NCBI RefSeq assembly: GCF_029227855.1
Contig: NZ_CP074356.1
DNA length: 64,000 bases
Source: Escherichia coli
Lineage (GTDB): Bacteria; Pseudomonadota; Gammaproteobacteria; Enterobacterales; Enterobacteriaceae
Reading direction: 5' to 3' (one strand)
Below the pieces are notes generated by a model. It saw only the letters and a list, made by a program, of their open reading frames with translations, ran no database searches and was not told the DNA's origin. Made by a program: the position numbers and the translations under genes. This document shows, in pieces, positions 1 through 15,724 of this stretch. How positions within the stretch are numbered: position 1 is the stretch's first letter; every line of letters begins with the position of its first letter.

Positions 1-956
1 CTGGGCAAAACCATGACCCGGAACAGATTGATTTGATTGATTTACTAGTGCAGTTGTGGCGTGGCAAGATGACAATCATCATTTCCGTCATTGTGGCTAT
101 TGCCCTGGCTATTGGATATTTGGCAGTAGCGAAGGAGAAATGGACGTCAACAGCAATTATCACTCAGCCCGATGTGGGGCAAATTGCTGGCTATAACAAT
201 GCCATGAATGTTATCTATGGTCAGGCTGCACCGAAAGTATCGGATTTGCAGGAGACGTTAATTGGTCGCTTCAGTTCTGCCTTCTCTGCATTAGCAGAAA
301 CGCTGGATAATCAGGAAGAACCAGAAAAACTTACCATCGAACCTTCTGTTAAGAACCAGCAATTACCATTGACTGTTTCTTATGTTGGGCAAACTGCAGA
401 GGGCGCACAAATGAAGTTGGCCCAATACATTCAGCAAGTTGACGATAAAGTGAATCAAGAGTTAGAAAAGGATCTCAAGGACAACATTGCTCTGGGACGG
501 AAAAACTTGCAGGACTCTTTAAGAACGCAGGAAGTGGTTGCGCAGGAGCAGAAAGATCTGCGTATCCGTCAGATTCAGGAAGCGTTGCAGTATGCGAATC
601 AGGCGCAGGTGACAAAACCGCAGATTCAACAGACTGGCGAAGATATCACACAAGATACGTTGTTCCTTTTGGGGAGCGAAGCGCTGGAGTCGATGATTAA
701 GCATGAGGCGACTCGTCCGTTGGTGTTCTCACCAAACTACTATCAGACACGTCAAAACCTGCTGGATATCGAAAGCTTAAAAGTTGATGATCTTGATATT
801 CATGCTTACCGTTATGTGATGAAACCGACGTTACCTATTCGTCGCGATAGCCCGAAAAAGGCAATTACCTTGATTCTGGCAGTGCTGCTGGGTGGCATGG
901 TTGGCGCGGGGATTGTGCTGGGGCGTAACGCTCTGCGTAATTACAACGCGAAGTAA
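1..956 (+). CDS. wzzB: O-antigen chain length determinant WzzB, 5'-truncated by window edge
   Basis: In-frame translation from pos 3 reads GQNHDPEQIDLIDLLVQLWRGKMTIII... to a stop at 956, matching E. coli WzzB (Cld) as recalled; position next to hisI fits K-12 synteny. Confidence 0.9.
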   Translation, partial: GQNHDPEQIDLIDLLVQLWRGKMTIIISVIVAIALAIGYLAVAKEKWTSTAIITQPDVGQIAGYNNAMNVIYGQAAPKVSDLQETLIGRFSSAFSALAETLDNQEEPEKLTIEPSVKNQQLPLTVSYVGQTAEGAQMKLAQYIQQVDDKVNQELEKDLKDNIALGRKNLQDSLRTQEVVAQEQKDLRIRQIQEALQYANQAQVTKPQIQQTGEDITQDTLFLLGSEALESMIKHEATRPLVFSPNYYQTRQNLLDIESLKVDDLDIHAYRYVMKPTLPIRRDSPKKAITLILAVLLGGMVGAGIVLGRNALRNYNAK

Positions 957-977
957 TCTTTTCGGTTTTAAAGAAAA

Positions 978-1010
978 CGGGCAGGGTGGTGACACCTTGC
1001 CCGTTTTTTT
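978..1010 (+). terminator. GC-rich hairpin followed by T-run between convergent wzzB and hisI
   Basis: cgggcagggtggtgacaccttgcccg stem-loop followed by tttttttt; flanked by an A-run on the other side so could act bidirectionally. Confidence 0.5.
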
Positions 1011-1052
1011 TGCCGGATGCGACAACAACATCGCATCCGCTCAGCACGCCAC

Positions 1053-1657
1053 TCACTGATGCCGTTTACGCAGGTTCTCAATTACCGTCGTTAAATCCAG
1101 ATCCTGATCCTGCAACAACACCAGCAGGTGATACATCAAGTCAGATGCTTCGTTGGTCAGTTCAAAGCGGTCATGCACCGTTGCGGCCAGTGCGGTTTCC
1201 ACGCCTTCTTCGCCCACTTTCTGCGCAATGCGTTTGGTGCCGCTGGCATACAGTTTGGCTGTGTAAGAGGTTTCCGGGTCGGCAGATTTGCGTTCGGCGA
1301 GCAGTTGTTCCAGTTGATACAGGAACAGCCACTGGTGAGCGGTGTCGCCGAAGCAGCTGCTGGTACCTTTGTGGCAGGTTGGCCCGATTGGATTTGCCAG
1401 CACCAGTAACGTGTCGTTGTCGCAGTCCGGAGCAATACTCACCACATTGAGAAAATTGCCCGACGTTTCGCCTTTGGTCCACAGTCGCTGTTTAGTGCGC
1501 GAGAAGAAGGTGACATTGCCGCTTTCGATGGTTTTGTCCAGAGCTTCCGGGGTCATATAGCCCAGCATTAACACTTCGCCAGATACCGCGTGTTGCACAA
1601 TCACCGGCATAAGTCCGTCGGTTTTTTCCCAGTCCAGTTCGCGACGTTGTTGTTCTG

Positions 1658-1664
<7 letters not shown>
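1053..1664 (-). CDS. hisI: Bifunctional phosphoribosyl-AMP cyclohydrolase / phosphoribosyl-ATP pyrophosphatase
   Basis: 203-aa [34 protein letters not shown]...; last gene of the his operon, overlaps hisF stop. Confidence 0.95.
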
Positions 1665-3742
<2,078 letters not shown>

Positions 3743-3743
<1 letters not shown>

Positions 3744-4809
3744 TACAGCACTCCTTTCGACGAGGGCAGAGTATCGCCTTCCACGCGGATGGCCTGGCGC
3801 AGGGTGCGACCAAAGGCTTTAAAGAGACTCTCTACACGGTGATGATCGTTTTTACCTTTGGTTTTCAGGTGCAACGTCACGCCCATGGTGTAAGAGAGCG
3901 AACGGAAGAAGTGCTCGATCATTTCAGTGCTGAGATCGCCCACGCGCTGGTAGGTAAATTCAGCTTTATATTCCAGGTGCGGGCGACCAGAGATATCCAG
4001 CGCGCAGCGGGCAAGGCATTCGTCCATCGGCAGCACAAAACCAAAGCGGCAAATACCGCGTTTGTCGCCAAGAGCAATTTTTAACGCTTCGCCCAGCGCC
4101 AGGCCGGTATCTTCGACGGTGTGGTGATCGTCGATATAGAGGTCGCCTTTGACGTTGATTTCCATGCGGAAACCGCCGTGGGTAGCGATCTGATCCAGCA
4201 TGTGATCAAAGAAGCCAACACCGGTGTTAATCTTGCTGCCACCTTCGCGATCCAGCCACACCTGGACGTCAATTTGCGTCTCTTTGGTGTTGCGCACTAC
4301 ATGGGCGTAACGGTCTCGTTTAGTGAGCTGCTCGCCAATCATTGGCCAGTTCAGGGTTTCGCGGTCATAGCGTAAACCATTAATGCCCATGTTTTCCGCC
4401 AGCTGAATATCGGTCGCGCGATCGCCAATCACATAACTATTGGCACGATCCATCGCTTGCTCAGCGAGATAACGCTCCACCAGTTTTACTTTCGGCTTAC
4501 GGCAGTCGCACTCATCGGCGGGCAGGTGAGGACAAATCAGCACTTCATCAAACTGCACGCCTTGCGAGGTGAAGATCTGCATCATCAGGTTGTGCGGGCC
4601 ATCAAAATCCTCCTGCGGGAAACTTTGTGTTCCAAGACCATCCTGATTAGTGATCATCACCAGCTTGTAGCCCGCTTTTTGCAGCTTCAGCAGCTCCGGG
4701 ATCACGCCTGGTTCAAAGGCGAGTTTGTCAAAACGGTCCACCTGAAAATCACTCGGCGGTTCGCTAATCAGGGTTCCATCGCGATCGATAAAAAGATACT
4801 TCTGACTCA

Positions 4810-4810
<1 letters not shown>
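3743..4810 (-). CDS. hisB: Bifunctional histidinol-phosphatase / imidazoleglycerol-phosphate dehydratase
   Basis: [22 protein letters not shown]...; ATG at 4808-4810 overlaps hisC stop (ATGA). Confidence 0.95.
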
Positions 4811-7181
<2,371 letters not shown>

Positions 7182-7186
7182 GGCGA

Positions 7187-8086
7187 TCACTCCATCATCT
7201 TCTCAATCGGCAGCACCAGGATTGAACTGGCACCCAGCGCTTTCAGTTTTTCCATCGTTTCCCAGAACAGGGTTTCGCTACTGACCATGTGCATCGCTAC
7301 GCGCTGTTGATCACCTGCCAGCGGCAGAATAGTTGGGCGTTCGGCACCTGGCAGCAGGGCGATGACTTCATCCAGACGTTCAGTCGGTGCGTGCATCATG
7401 ATGTATTTTGATTCGCGCGCCTGGATCACGCCCTGAATACGGGTCAGCAGCTTGTCGATCAGTTGCTGTTTAGATTCTTCCATTTCGCCATCGCGCTGGA
7501 TCAGGCAGGCTTTCGAGCGGTAGATAACTTCGACTTCGCGCAGGCCGTTAGCTTCCAGCGTGGCACCGGTGGAAACCAGATCGCAAATCGCATCCGCCAG
7601 TCCGGCGCGCGGGGCGACTTCAACAGAACCGTTCAGTAAGCAGGATTTAAAAGAGATGCCTTTCTGGTCGAGATAACGCTTGAGCAGGTGAGGATAAGAG
7701 GTGGCGATACGTTTACCGTTTAAGGAGAGCGGACCGTCCCAGGCTTCATCAACCGGCGTTGCCAGCGAAAGGCGGCAGCCGCCGAAATCCAGTCGACGCA
7801 GGGTAAAGTAGCGCGGATCTTCACCCTGGGCTCGGCGGTTAAGCAGCTCTTCTTCCAGCACGTTTTCGCCGATAATCCCAAGGTCTACCACGCCGTCCAT
7901 TACCAGACCGGGAATGTCGTCGTCACGCACGCGCAGAATATCAATCGGCATGTTTTCTGCCATCGCGATCAGGCGCTGGGTGTGAAGATTGATTTTAATG
8001 CCACAGCGCGCCAGCAATTCGCGTGAGTCATCACTTAAACGGCCGGATTTCTGCATAGCTATGCGTAAACGAGTGTTGTCTGTCAT
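7187..8086 (-). CDS. hisG: ATP phosphoribosyltransferase
   Basis: [37 protein letters not shown]... (299 aa) from ATG 8084-8086; the six-frame ORF extends 13 codons further upstream. Confidence 0.95.
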
Positions 8087-8131
8087 TTTCTTATTCCTCT
8101 TTAAACCTGTCTGAACCGTTATCAACAGCGC

Positions 8132-8170
8132 AATAAAAAAGCCCCCGGAAGGTGATCTTCCGGGGGCTTT
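8132..8170 (-). terminator. his operon attenuator (leader terminator hairpin plus U-run)
   Basis: Minus-strand transcript reads GAGAAAGCCCCCGGAAGAUCACCUUCCGGGGGCUUUUUUAUUG between hisL and hisG; classic his attenuator architecture. Confidence 0.85.
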
Positions 8171-8231
8171 CTCATGCGTTCATGCACCACTGGAAGATCT
8201 GAATGTCTTCCAGCACACATCGCCTGAAAGA

Positions 8232-8282
8232 CTAGTCAGGATGATGGTGATGATGGTGGTGTTTAAATTGAACGCGTGTCAT
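8232..8282 (-). CDS. hisL: his operon leader peptide with seven consecutive His codons
   Basis: Reverse complement of 8232-8282 encodes MTRVQFKHHHHHHHPD-stop. Confidence 0.9.
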   Translation of the reverse strand: MTRVQFKHHHHHHHPD

Positions 8283-8527
8283 AAAAGTCTCTGTGAATGT
8301 TTATTCAACTGATGTCTTTTAACCTAAACCACTTTCACGTTAGAAAGCAAGGGCTTTTTTATATATTTTATGGCGATGGATTTGTTTAATGAATGAGCGG
8401 GGAAAGGAGGGGGCTAAGAGGACTGTCCTCTAACCTGACGGCACCAAAAATAGCGAAGCCTGGATTTTCGTCTCACTGACAATATCTTGATCTACAAACT
8501 AATTAATAAATAGTTAATTAACGCCCA

Positions 8528-8552
8528 TCATTGTACAATGAGCTGTACATAA
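8528..8552 (+). promoter_or_regulatory. Candidate yefM-yoeB operator (two TGTACA palindromes)
   Basis: ttgTACAatgagcTGTACAt lies 15-35 bp upstream of the yefM ATG; paired TGTACA motifs are the reported YefM-YoeB autoregulation sites. Confidence 0.6.
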
Positions 8553-8564
8553 GAGGAGATTGAT

Positions 8565-8816
8565 ATGCGTACAATTAGCTACAGCGAAGCGCGTCAGAAT
8601 TTGTCGGCAACAATGATGAAAGCCGTTGAAGATCATGCCCCGATCCTTATTACTCGTCAGAATGGAGAGGCTTGTGTTCTGATGTCACTCGAAGAATACA
8701 ACTCGCTGGAAGAGACGGCTTATCTACTGCGCTCCCCCGCTAACGCCCGGAGATTGATGGACTCAATCGATAGCCTGAAATCAGGCAAAGGAACGGAAAA
8801 GGACATTATTGAGTGA
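8565..8816 (+). CDS. yefM: Type II antitoxin YefM
   Basis: 83-aa [79 protein letters not shown]; 4-bp overlap with yoeB. Confidence 0.92.
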
Positions 8817-9067
8817 AACTAATCTGGTCTGAGGAGTCATGGGATGATTATCTGTACTGGCAGGAAACAGATAAGCGAATTGTTAAAAAGATCATTGAAC
8901 TTATCAAAGATACCCGCAGAACACCATTTGAAGGTAAGGGGAAGCCAGAACCCCTGAAGCATAATTTGTCAGGCTTCTGGTCCCGACGCATTACAGAGGA
9001 GCACCGTCTGGTATACGCGGTTACCGACGATTCACTGCTCATTGCAGCATGTCGTTATCATTATTGA
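8813..9067 (+). CDS. yoeB: Type II toxin YoeB (ribosome-dependent mRNA interferase)
   Basis: 84-aa [30 protein letters not shown]...[21 protein letters not shown]; immediately downstream of yefM. Confidence 0.92.
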
Positions 9068-9149
9068 ACAGATTCATTCATAGAATGAATTGTCAGTTTT
9101 GATACGCTAGCGTAGCCTTATAGATCTAAGGTGTATCAGGAGATAACGG

Positions 9150-9974
9150 ATGAAAAAGGTCGCAATTGTCGGGTTAGGGTGGTTAGGCATGCCGCTGGCG
9201 ATGTCACTTTCAGCGCGAGGCTGGCAAGTCACCGGGAGTAAAACCACGCAAGATGGTGTCGAAGCGGCCCGAATGAGTGGCATTGATAGTTATCTGCTTC
9301 GCATGGAGCCTGAGTTAGTTTGCGATTCTGACGATCTGGATGCCCTGATGGATACCGATGCGCTGGTCATTACGCTTCCGGCACGTCGTAGCGGCCCCGG
9401 CGATGAGTTCTATTTACAAGCGGTACAAGAGTTAGTGGATAGCGCGCTGGCCCATCGTATTCCCCGCATTATTTTCACCAGCTCAACATCTGTCTATGGC
9501 GATGCGCAAGGCACGGTGAAAGAAACTACCCCGCGTAATCCGGTGACCAACAGTGGACGAGTATTAGAAGAGCTCGAAGACTGGCTGCACAATTTACCCG
9601 GTACTTCGGTCGATATTCTGCGTCTTGCGGGGCTGGTCGGACCGGGACGTCATCCCGGACGCTTCTTTGCCGGAAAAACCGCCCCTGATGGTGAACATGG
9701 TGTTAATTTAGTCCATTTAGAAGATGTTATTGGCGCTATCACTCTGTTGTTACAGGCACCTAAAGGCGGACACATCTATAATATATGTGCGCCAGCTCAC
9801 CCTGCGCGTAATGTTTTCTATCCGCAGATGGCCCGTTTACTGGGGCTGGAACCTCCGCAGTTCAGAAATAGTCTGGACAGCGGCAAAGGTAAGATTATTG
9901 ATGGCAGTCGGATTTGTAATGAACTGGGATTTGAATACCAGTATCCCGATCCGCTGGTAATGCCGCTGGAGTAA
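9150..9974 (+). CDS. yeeZ: NAD(P)-binding Rossmann-fold protein YeeZ (epimerase/dehydratase-like)
   Basis: 274-aa ORF with N-terminal MKKVAIVGLGWLGMPLAMSL nucleotide-binding motif; K-12 synteny. Confidence 0.85.
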   Translation: MKKVAIVGLGWLGMPLAMSLSARGWQVTGSKTTQDGVEAARMSGIDSYLLRMEPELVCDSDDLDALMDTDALVITLPARRSGPGDEFYLQAVQELVDSALAHRIPRIIFTSSTSVYGDAQGTVKETTPRNPVTNSGRVLEELEDWLHNLPGTSVDILRLAGLVGPGRHPGRFFAGKTAPDGEHGVNLVHLEDVIGAITLLLQAPKGGHIYNICAPAHPARNVFYPQMARLLGLEPPQFRNSLDSGKGKIIDGSRICNELGFEYQYPDPLVMPLE

Positions 9975-10019
9975 ACGATCACGCCAGCAGGACGCCGCAT
10001 GCACTGCAAGGGGGCGTGT

Positions 10020-10949
10020 ATGAAACCACTGCTGGATGTGTTGATGATCCTCGATGCCTTAGAAAAAGAAGGCAGTTTTGCGGCGGCGTCGGCCAAACTC
10101 TACAAGACGCCGTCCGCTCTGAGTTACACCGTTCACAAGTTGGAAAGCGACCTTAATATTCAATTGCTTGATCGTAGCGGACACCGCGCTAAATTCACCC
10201 GCACCGGAAAAATGTTATTAGAGAAAGGGCGGGAAGTTCTGCATACCGTGCGGGAACTGGAAAAGCAGGCGATCAAACTGCATGAAGGCTGGGAAAACGA
10301 GCTGGTGATTGGTGTGGACGACACCTTCCCTTTTTCTCTGCTTGCGCCACTCATTGAAGCTTTTTATCAACATCATAGTGTGACGCGCCTGAAGTTTATC
10401 AATGGCGTACTCGGTGGTTCCTGGGATGCCCTGACTCAGGGGCGAGCGGATATTATTGTTGGCGCGATGCATGAGCCACCATCTTCCAGTGAGTTTGGTT
10501 TTTCACGGTTGGGCGATCTGGAACAAGTCTTTGCGGTCGCGCCTCATCATCCGTTAGCCCTGGAAGAAGAACCCTTAAACCGTCGTATCATTAAGCGATA
10601 TCGGGCGATTGTGGTGGGGGACACTGCGCAGGCCGGCGCTTCTACGGCCTCACAACTTCTCGACGAACAAGAAGCCATTACCGTTTTCGATTTTAAAACC
10701 AAGCTGGAGCTGCAAATTAGCGGCCTCGGCTGCGGCTATTTACCCCGTTATCTGGCGCAACGTTTTCTCGATAGTGGCGCGTTAATCGAGAAGAAAGTGG
10801 TCGCCCAAACTCTCTTTGAACCCGTCTGGATTGGCTGGAACGAACAGACCGCAGGACTTGCCAGTGGCTGGTGGCGGGATGAAATTTTAGCAAATAGTGC
10901 GATCGCCGGTGTTTATGCAAAATCTGATGACGGAAAATCAGCCATTTAA
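10020..10949 (+). CDS. yeeY: LysR-family transcriptional regulator YeeY
   Basis: ORF MKPLLDVLMILDALEKEGSFAAASAKLYKTPSALSYTVHKLE... (HTH then LysR substrate domain); start set at ATG 10020, preceded by aaggggg SD-like sequence. Confidence 0.85.
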   Translation: MKPLLDVLMILDALEKEGSFAAASAKLYKTPSALSYTVHKLESDLNIQLLDRSGHRAKFTRTGKMLLEKGREVLHTVRELEKQAIKLHEGWENELVIGVDDTFPFSLLAPLIEAFYQHHSVTRLKFINGVLGGSWDALTQGRADIIVGAMHEPPSSSEFGFSRLGDLEQVFAVAPHHPLALEEEPLNRRIIKRYRAIVVGDTAQAGASTASQLLDEQEAITVFDFKTKLELQISGLGCGYLPRYLAQRFLDSGALIEKKVVAQTLFEPVWIGWNEQTAGLASGWWRDEILANSAIAGVYAKSDDGKSAI

Positions 10950-11215
10950 AGAAAAATTATTATGACAAGCCTCTCATTCTCTTGTCATTTCCCCCCCATT
11001 TAGGCACAATGCGCCGCTGTCAAAAAATGACTAAAAACCGACGTTTCATCAGCGTCGGTTATTTTTTGCTTCAAACCAATCATTCATACCAAGAGGCCGG
11101 GCTTCGTACCGGATAGATATTTACTAAAAATCGACAGTTGTTGTCGCTGAGGAATCCAAAAAAATGGGGCAATTTTTTGCTTACGCGACGGTTATCACCG
11201 TAAAGGAGAATGACC

Positions 11216-12574
11216 ATGTCGCATAACGTTACTCCAAACACCTCTCGCGTGGAATTGCGTAAAACGCTTACGTTAGTTCCGGTTGTAATGATGGGTCTTG
11301 CCTATATGCAGCCGATGACGCTGTTTGATACTTTTGGTATCGTTTCAGGCCTCACGGATGGTCATGTGCCGACAGCCTATGCGTTCGCATTGATTGCGAT
11401 CCTGTTTACGGCTCTGAGCTACGGGAAGCTGGTTCGCCGCTATCCTTCTGCTGGCTCTGCATACACTTACGCCCAGAAATCCATTAGCCCGACTGTCGGC
11501 TTTATGGTGGGTTGGTCTTCTCTGCTCGACTATCTGTTCGCGCCGATGATCAACATTCTGCTGGCGAAAATCTATTTTGAAGCTCTGGTGCCTTCCATTC
11601 CATCGTGGATGTTTGTGGTGGCGCTGGTGGCCTTTATGACCGCCTTTAACCTGCGTAGTCTGAAATCCGTAGCGAACTTCAACACTGTAATCGTCGTGTT
11701 GCAGGTAGTGCTGATCGCGGTGATCCTGGGCATGGTTGTTTATGGCGTATTTGAAGGTGAAGGCGCGGGTACGCTGGCGAGCACTCGTCCGTTCTGGTCT
11801 GGCGATGCGCATGTTATCCCGATGATTACCGGGGCGACAATCCTGTGCTTCTCCTTTACCGGCTTTGACGGCATCAGCAACCTGTCGGAAGAAACCAAAG
11901 ATGCAGAGCGCGTGATCCCGCGTGCGATTTTCCTGACCGCGCTGATCGGCGGCATGATCTTCATCTTTGCAACTTACTTCCTGCAACTGTATTTCCCGGA
12001 TATCTCTCGCTTTAAAGATCCGGATGCGTCACAGCCTGAAATCATGCTGTACGTTGCGGGTAAAGCGTTCCAGGTTGGCGCGCTGATCTTCTCCACCATT
12101 ACCGTACTGGCGTCCGGTATGGCGGCGCACGCAGGCGTAGCGCGTCTGATGTACGTAATGGGGCGTGATGGCGTGTTCCCGAAAAGCTTCTTCGGTTATG
12201 TACACCCGAAATGGCGTACTCCGGCGATGAACATCATCCTGGTTGGCGCGATTGCTCTGCTGGCAATCAACTTCGACCTGGTAATGGCTACGGCGCTGAT
12301 TAACTTTGGTGCGCTGGTGGCGTTCACCTTCGTTAACCTGTCGGTTATTTCGCAGTTCTGGATTCGTGAGAAGCGTAACAAGACGCTGAAAGATCACTTC
12401 CAGTATCTGTTCCTGCCGATGTGTGGTGCGCTGACCGTTGGTGCGCTGTGGGTTAACCTGGAAGAAAGCTCAATGGTTCTGGGTCTGATCTGGGCGGCTA
12501 TCGGTCTGATTTACCTGGCTTGCGTCACCAAGAGCTTCCGTAATCCGGTTCCGCAGTACGAAGACGTAGCATAA
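11216..12574 (+). CDS. plaP: Putrescine importer PlaP (APC-family amino acid/polyamine permease)
   Basis: [40 protein letters not shown]...; multi-TM permease; start at ATG 11216, 7 nt after AAGGAG. Confidence 0.9.
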   Translation: MSHNVTPNTSRVELRKTLTLVPVVMMGLAYMQPMTLFDTFGIVSGLTDGHVPTAYAFALIAILFTALSYGKLVRRYPSAGSAYTYAQKSISPTVGFMVGWSSLLDYLFAPMINILLAKIYFEALVPSIPSWMFVVALVAFMTAFNLRSLKSVANFNTVIVVLQVVLIAVILGMVVYGVFEGEGAGTLASTRPFWSGDAHVIPMITGATILCFSFTGFDGISNLSEETKDAERVIPRAIFLTALIGGMIFIFATYFLQLYFPDISRFKDPDASQPEIMLYVAGKAFQVGALIFSTITVLASGMAAHAGVARLMYVMGRDGVFPKSFFGYVHPKWRTPAMNIILVGAIALLAINFDLVMATALINFGALVAFTFVNLSVISQFWIREKRNKTLKDHFQYLFLPMCGALTVGALWVNLEESSMVLGLIWAAIGLIYLACVTKSFRNPVPQYEDVA

Positions 12575-12587
12575 TCATCTTTTCTAA

Positions 12588-12628
12588 TAATAAACCGGAG
12601 TCGAATGAATATTTGGCTCCGGTTTTTT
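12588..12628 (+). terminator. Rho-independent terminator after plaP
   Basis: aaccggagtcgaatgaatatttggctccggtttttttatt: hairpin ccggag/ctccgg followed by T-run. Confidence 0.55.
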
Positions 12629-12752
12629 TATTCTTTTTTATCGACATCCTCATTGATAACCATTTGTTCTAATTTAGAGAATTTGGTTATTGGTCTGCAT
12701 TCCACCAGTCATGAATAATTTCCCCATTAACATTCATCTGGTTAATTAATTT

Positions 12753-13811
12753 ATGTTTTCAATGATATTAAGCGGGCTAATTTGTGGTGCTCTGCTGGGA
12801 TTTGTCATGCAGCGTGGGCGTTTTTGCCTGACAGGTGGTTTTCGCGATATGTATATCGCGAAAAATAATCGCATGTTTTACGCCTTGCTGATTGCAATTT
12901 CGGTACAAAGCGTGGGGGTTTTTGCGTTAATTCAGGCGGGCCTACTGACTTACGAAGCCGGGGCGTTCCCGTGGCTTGGTACTGTTATAGGTGGGTATCT
13001 TTTCGGGCTGGGAATTGTTCTGGCGGGTGGATGTGCCACCGGGACCTGGTATCGCGCGGGTGAGGGATTGATCGGCAGTTGGATCGCGCTTTTCACTTAT
13101 ATGGTGATGAGTGCGGTGATGCGTTCTCCACACGCCAGTGGTTTAAATCAAACCTTGCAGCACTACAGTACTGAACATAACTCTATTGCTGAGACTTTTA
13201 ATTTGTCTGTGTGGCCGTTGGTTGCCGTTTTGCTGGTGATAACGCTCTGGGTAGTGATGAAAGAGTTGAAGAAACCAAAATTAAAAGTCGCGACCTTACC
13301 GCCGCGCCGAACCGGGATCGCTCATATTCTGTTTGAAAAACGCTGGCATCCCTTTGTCACTGCTGTACTCATCGGTTTGATTGCGCTTTTAGCCTGGCCC
13401 CTGAGTGAAGCAACCGGACGCATGTTTGGGTTAGGAATCACTTCCCCAACGGCCAATATTCTGCAATTTCTGGTCGCGGGTGACGTGAAATACATTAACT
13501 GGGGCGTTTTCCTGGTGTTAGGGATCTTCGTGGGGTCATTTATTGCAGCCAAAGCGAGTCGTGAGTTCCGCGTTCGCGCAGCTGATGCACAAACAACATT
13601 ACGTAGCGGGTTAGGTGGTGTACTGATGGGCTTCGGTGCCAGTATTGCAGGTGGTTGCTCTATCGGTAATGGACTGGTTATGACTGCAATGATGACCTGG
13701 CAGGGCTGGATTGGCCTTGTATTTATGATTCTCGGAGTCTGGACTGCGTCCTGGCTTGTGTATGTTCGACCGCAGCGTAAGGCGCGACTGGCAACTGCTG
13801 CGGCAAATTAA
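12753..13811 (+). CDS. yeeE: Inner-membrane thiosulfate-uptake-like transporter YeeE/TsuA
   Basis: 352-aa polytopic membrane ORF MFSMILSGLICGALLGFVMQRGRFCLTGGFRD...; K-12 synteny with yeeD. Confidence 0.85.
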   Translation: MFSMILSGLICGALLGFVMQRGRFCLTGGFRDMYIAKNNRMFYALLIAISVQSVGVFALIQAGLLTYEAGAFPWLGTVIGGYLFGLGIVLAGGCATGTWYRAGEGLIGSWIALFTYMVMSAVMRSPHASGLNQTLQHYSTEHNSIAETFNLSVWPLVAVLLVITLWVVMKELKKPKLKVATLPPRRTGIAHILFEKRWHPFVTAVLIGLIALLAWPLSEATGRMFGLGITSPTANILQFLVAGDVKYINWGVFLVLGIFVGSFIAAKASREFRVRAADAQTTLRSGLGGVLMGFGASIAGGCSIGNGLVMTAMMTWQGWIGLVFMILGVWTASWLVYVRPQRKARLATAAAN

Positions 13812-13824
13812 GTAAGGTGTAAAG

Positions 13825-14052
13825 ATGGCGATTAAAAAGCTGGATGTGGTGACGCAGGTCTGTCCGTTTCCACTCATAGAAGCAAAAGCAGCACTGGCAG
13901 AAATGGCCAGCGGCGATGAGTTGGTAATTGAGTTTGATTGCACCCAGGCAACTGAAGCAATCCCACAGTGGGCGGCAGAAGAAGGACATGCCATCACCGA
14001 TTATCAGCAGATTGGCGATGCAGCGTGGAGCATCACCGTTCAAAAAGCCTGA
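13825..14052 (+). CDS. yeeD: TusA-like sulfurtransferase YeeD/TsuB
   Basis: 75-aa ORF with the TusA-type motif VCPFPLIEAKAAL; directly downstream of yeeE. Confidence 0.85.
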   Translation: MAIKKLDVVTQVCPFPLIEAKAALAEMASGDELVIEFDCTQATEAIPQWAAEEGHAITDYQQIGDAAWSITVQKA

Positions 14053-14094
14053 CTCAAAATTGTCCTCCGCCGTACCAGCGGCGGAGGCTTCACA

Positions 14095-15522
14095 TTAGAC
14101 AATCTCTTCCGCGTACTGCCAAAGCGCTTTTAACAGCGCCACTTTTTCTTTATCGTCGGCATACTGCTGCGCCAGCATCTGAATCTCTTCTGCATAGCCT
14201 TGTAAAAACTCTGGCGTGAAGACCTGGCGGCGGTGCTCCAGCCAGCGTTGCTGCTCGGCATAATCCAGCGTCCCCGGGAAGTTGCGTGCCCGATAATTGA
14301 ACAACAGCTTTTCAATCCGTTTATCAACAAAAGTGATATCCAGTGCCGGTAAATTACGCGGCTCGGTTTCCAGCACAATTTTCATTGCTGCACGATCGGC
14401 GTCACTGAAAAAGCCATTATAAAGCTGTGCATCCACGTTATCTGAAGGCGTAAACGGTTCGGCTTCCGCGAATATCGCCACCACTTTTTCACGCACTTGC
14501 GGATTTTCACGCAGAATTTTCAGGTTATCGAGGCAATGCTGACGATTAATTCCCAGTCGGTCGGCATCTTCCGGGCGTAGCGTATTCGCCTGGGCCAGCA
14601 CCGGACATTTATTGATATGCACCAGTTTAACCGGAACGGCGGCGTTATCGCCAAGATCGGTTTTTGCGGTATATAAACGCTCGCGCAATGTGTCGCTATC
14701 CAGTTCCAGTAATGGCGAAATATCTCCTGCCAAATCCACCATAATTACGGCATTGCGATTTTCAGGATGCCACGCCAGCGGTGCCACCCAGCTGGTATTG
14801 CCGCGCCATGCCCCAAACATTCCGGAAACGTGAACCAGGGGTTTCATCTGCGGAACATCAATCAACGCCATCAGTTTGTGTTTATTACGATGGGTAAAGA
14901 GATAATCAAACAGGCGTGGCTGACGCGTTTTTACCAGTTTCGCCATCGCAATAGTGGCGTACACATCAGCCATCGCATCGTGGGCGTTGCTATGTTCAAT
15001 ACCATTCGCTTTGGTTAAATGCTCAAGGCGAAAGCTCGGTAGACCTTCATCATTTTCAGGCCAGTTTATTCCTTCCGGGCGCAGGGCATAGCAGGCACGC
15101 ATAACATCCAGTAAATCCCAGCGCGAGTTATCATGCTGCCAGCTCCAGGAGTAAGGATCGTAGAAATTACGATAAAAAACGTTGCGTGTGACTTCGTCGT
15201 CGAAACGCACATTGTTGTAGCCCAGAATACAGGTCTTCGGTACGGTAAAAAGCGAGTGAATACGGGCGGCAAACGCGGCTTCGTTTTCTCCTTTCGCCCG
15301 TGCTTCCTGCGGGGTAATACCGGTAATTAATACTGCTCCTGGCTGGGGTAAATAGTCATCCGCGGGCTTGCAGTAAAAGACTTCGGGTTCGCCGATGACA
15401 TTGAATTCGTTATCAGTGCGAATGGCTGCGAACTGTGCAGGGCGATCTAACGCGGGGTGCGTTCCAAAGGTTTCGTAATCGTGAAACAAAAAGGTAGATT
15501 GTTGCTTACCGTCATTCATCAT
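14095..15522 (-). CDS. sbcB: Exodeoxyribonuclease I
   Basis: ORF MMNDGKQQSTFLFHDYETFGTHPALDRPAQFAAIRTD... (475 aa); start set at the internal Met matching known SbcB N-terminus. Confidence 0.9.
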   Translation of the reverse strand: MMNDGKQQSTFLFHDYETFGTHPALDRPAQFAAIRTDNEFNVIGEPEVFYCKPADDYLPQPGAVLITGITPQEARAKGENEAAFAARIHSLFTVPKTCILGYNNVRFDDEVTRNVFYRNFYDPYSWSWQHDNSRWDLLDVMRACYALRPEGINWPENDEGLPSFRLEHLTKANGIEHSNAHDAMADVYATIAMAKLVKTRQPRLFDYLFTHRNKHKLMALIDVPQMKPLVHVSGMFGAWRGNTSWVAPLAWHPENRNAVIMVDLAGDISPLLELDSDTLRERLYTAKTDLGDNAAVPVKLVHINKCPVLAQANTLRPEDADRLGINRQHCLDNLKILRENPQVREKVVAIFAEAEPFTPSDNVDAQLYNGFFSDADRAAMKIVLETEPRNLPALDITFVDKRIEKLLFNYRARNFPGTLDYAEQQRWLEHRRQVFTPEFLQGYAEEIQMLAQQYADDKEKVALLKALWQYAEEIV

Positions 15523-15724
15523 TAGGTTAAATCCGTTATTTCTGCTGTCTGCCAGAGTATCAAATATCACCGTGCTAATCAGCTTTAGCGCGACAATTTG
15601 ACAGCGAGTGGCAACAGATCATGTCAGATGAAAATGAGAGGGTAGTCACATTTTCTTGCACTTTATTCCAGCCAGTTCATAAGTATTTCCGTAAAAAGAA
15701 CAGCTATTTGAAACTCCTGAGGGT

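Noticed and set aside
986-1482. Overlapping ORFs (154, 93, 92, 103 aa) in several frames within hisI
   Set aside because: They lie inside or antisense to the well-supported hisI CDS and are proline/arginine-rich translations of GC-rich sequence; no independent start signals.
11345-11986. 213-aa minus-strand ORF inside plaP
   Set aside because: Antisense to a clear 12-TM permease gene; His/Arg/Gln-rich composition typical of antisense artefacts.
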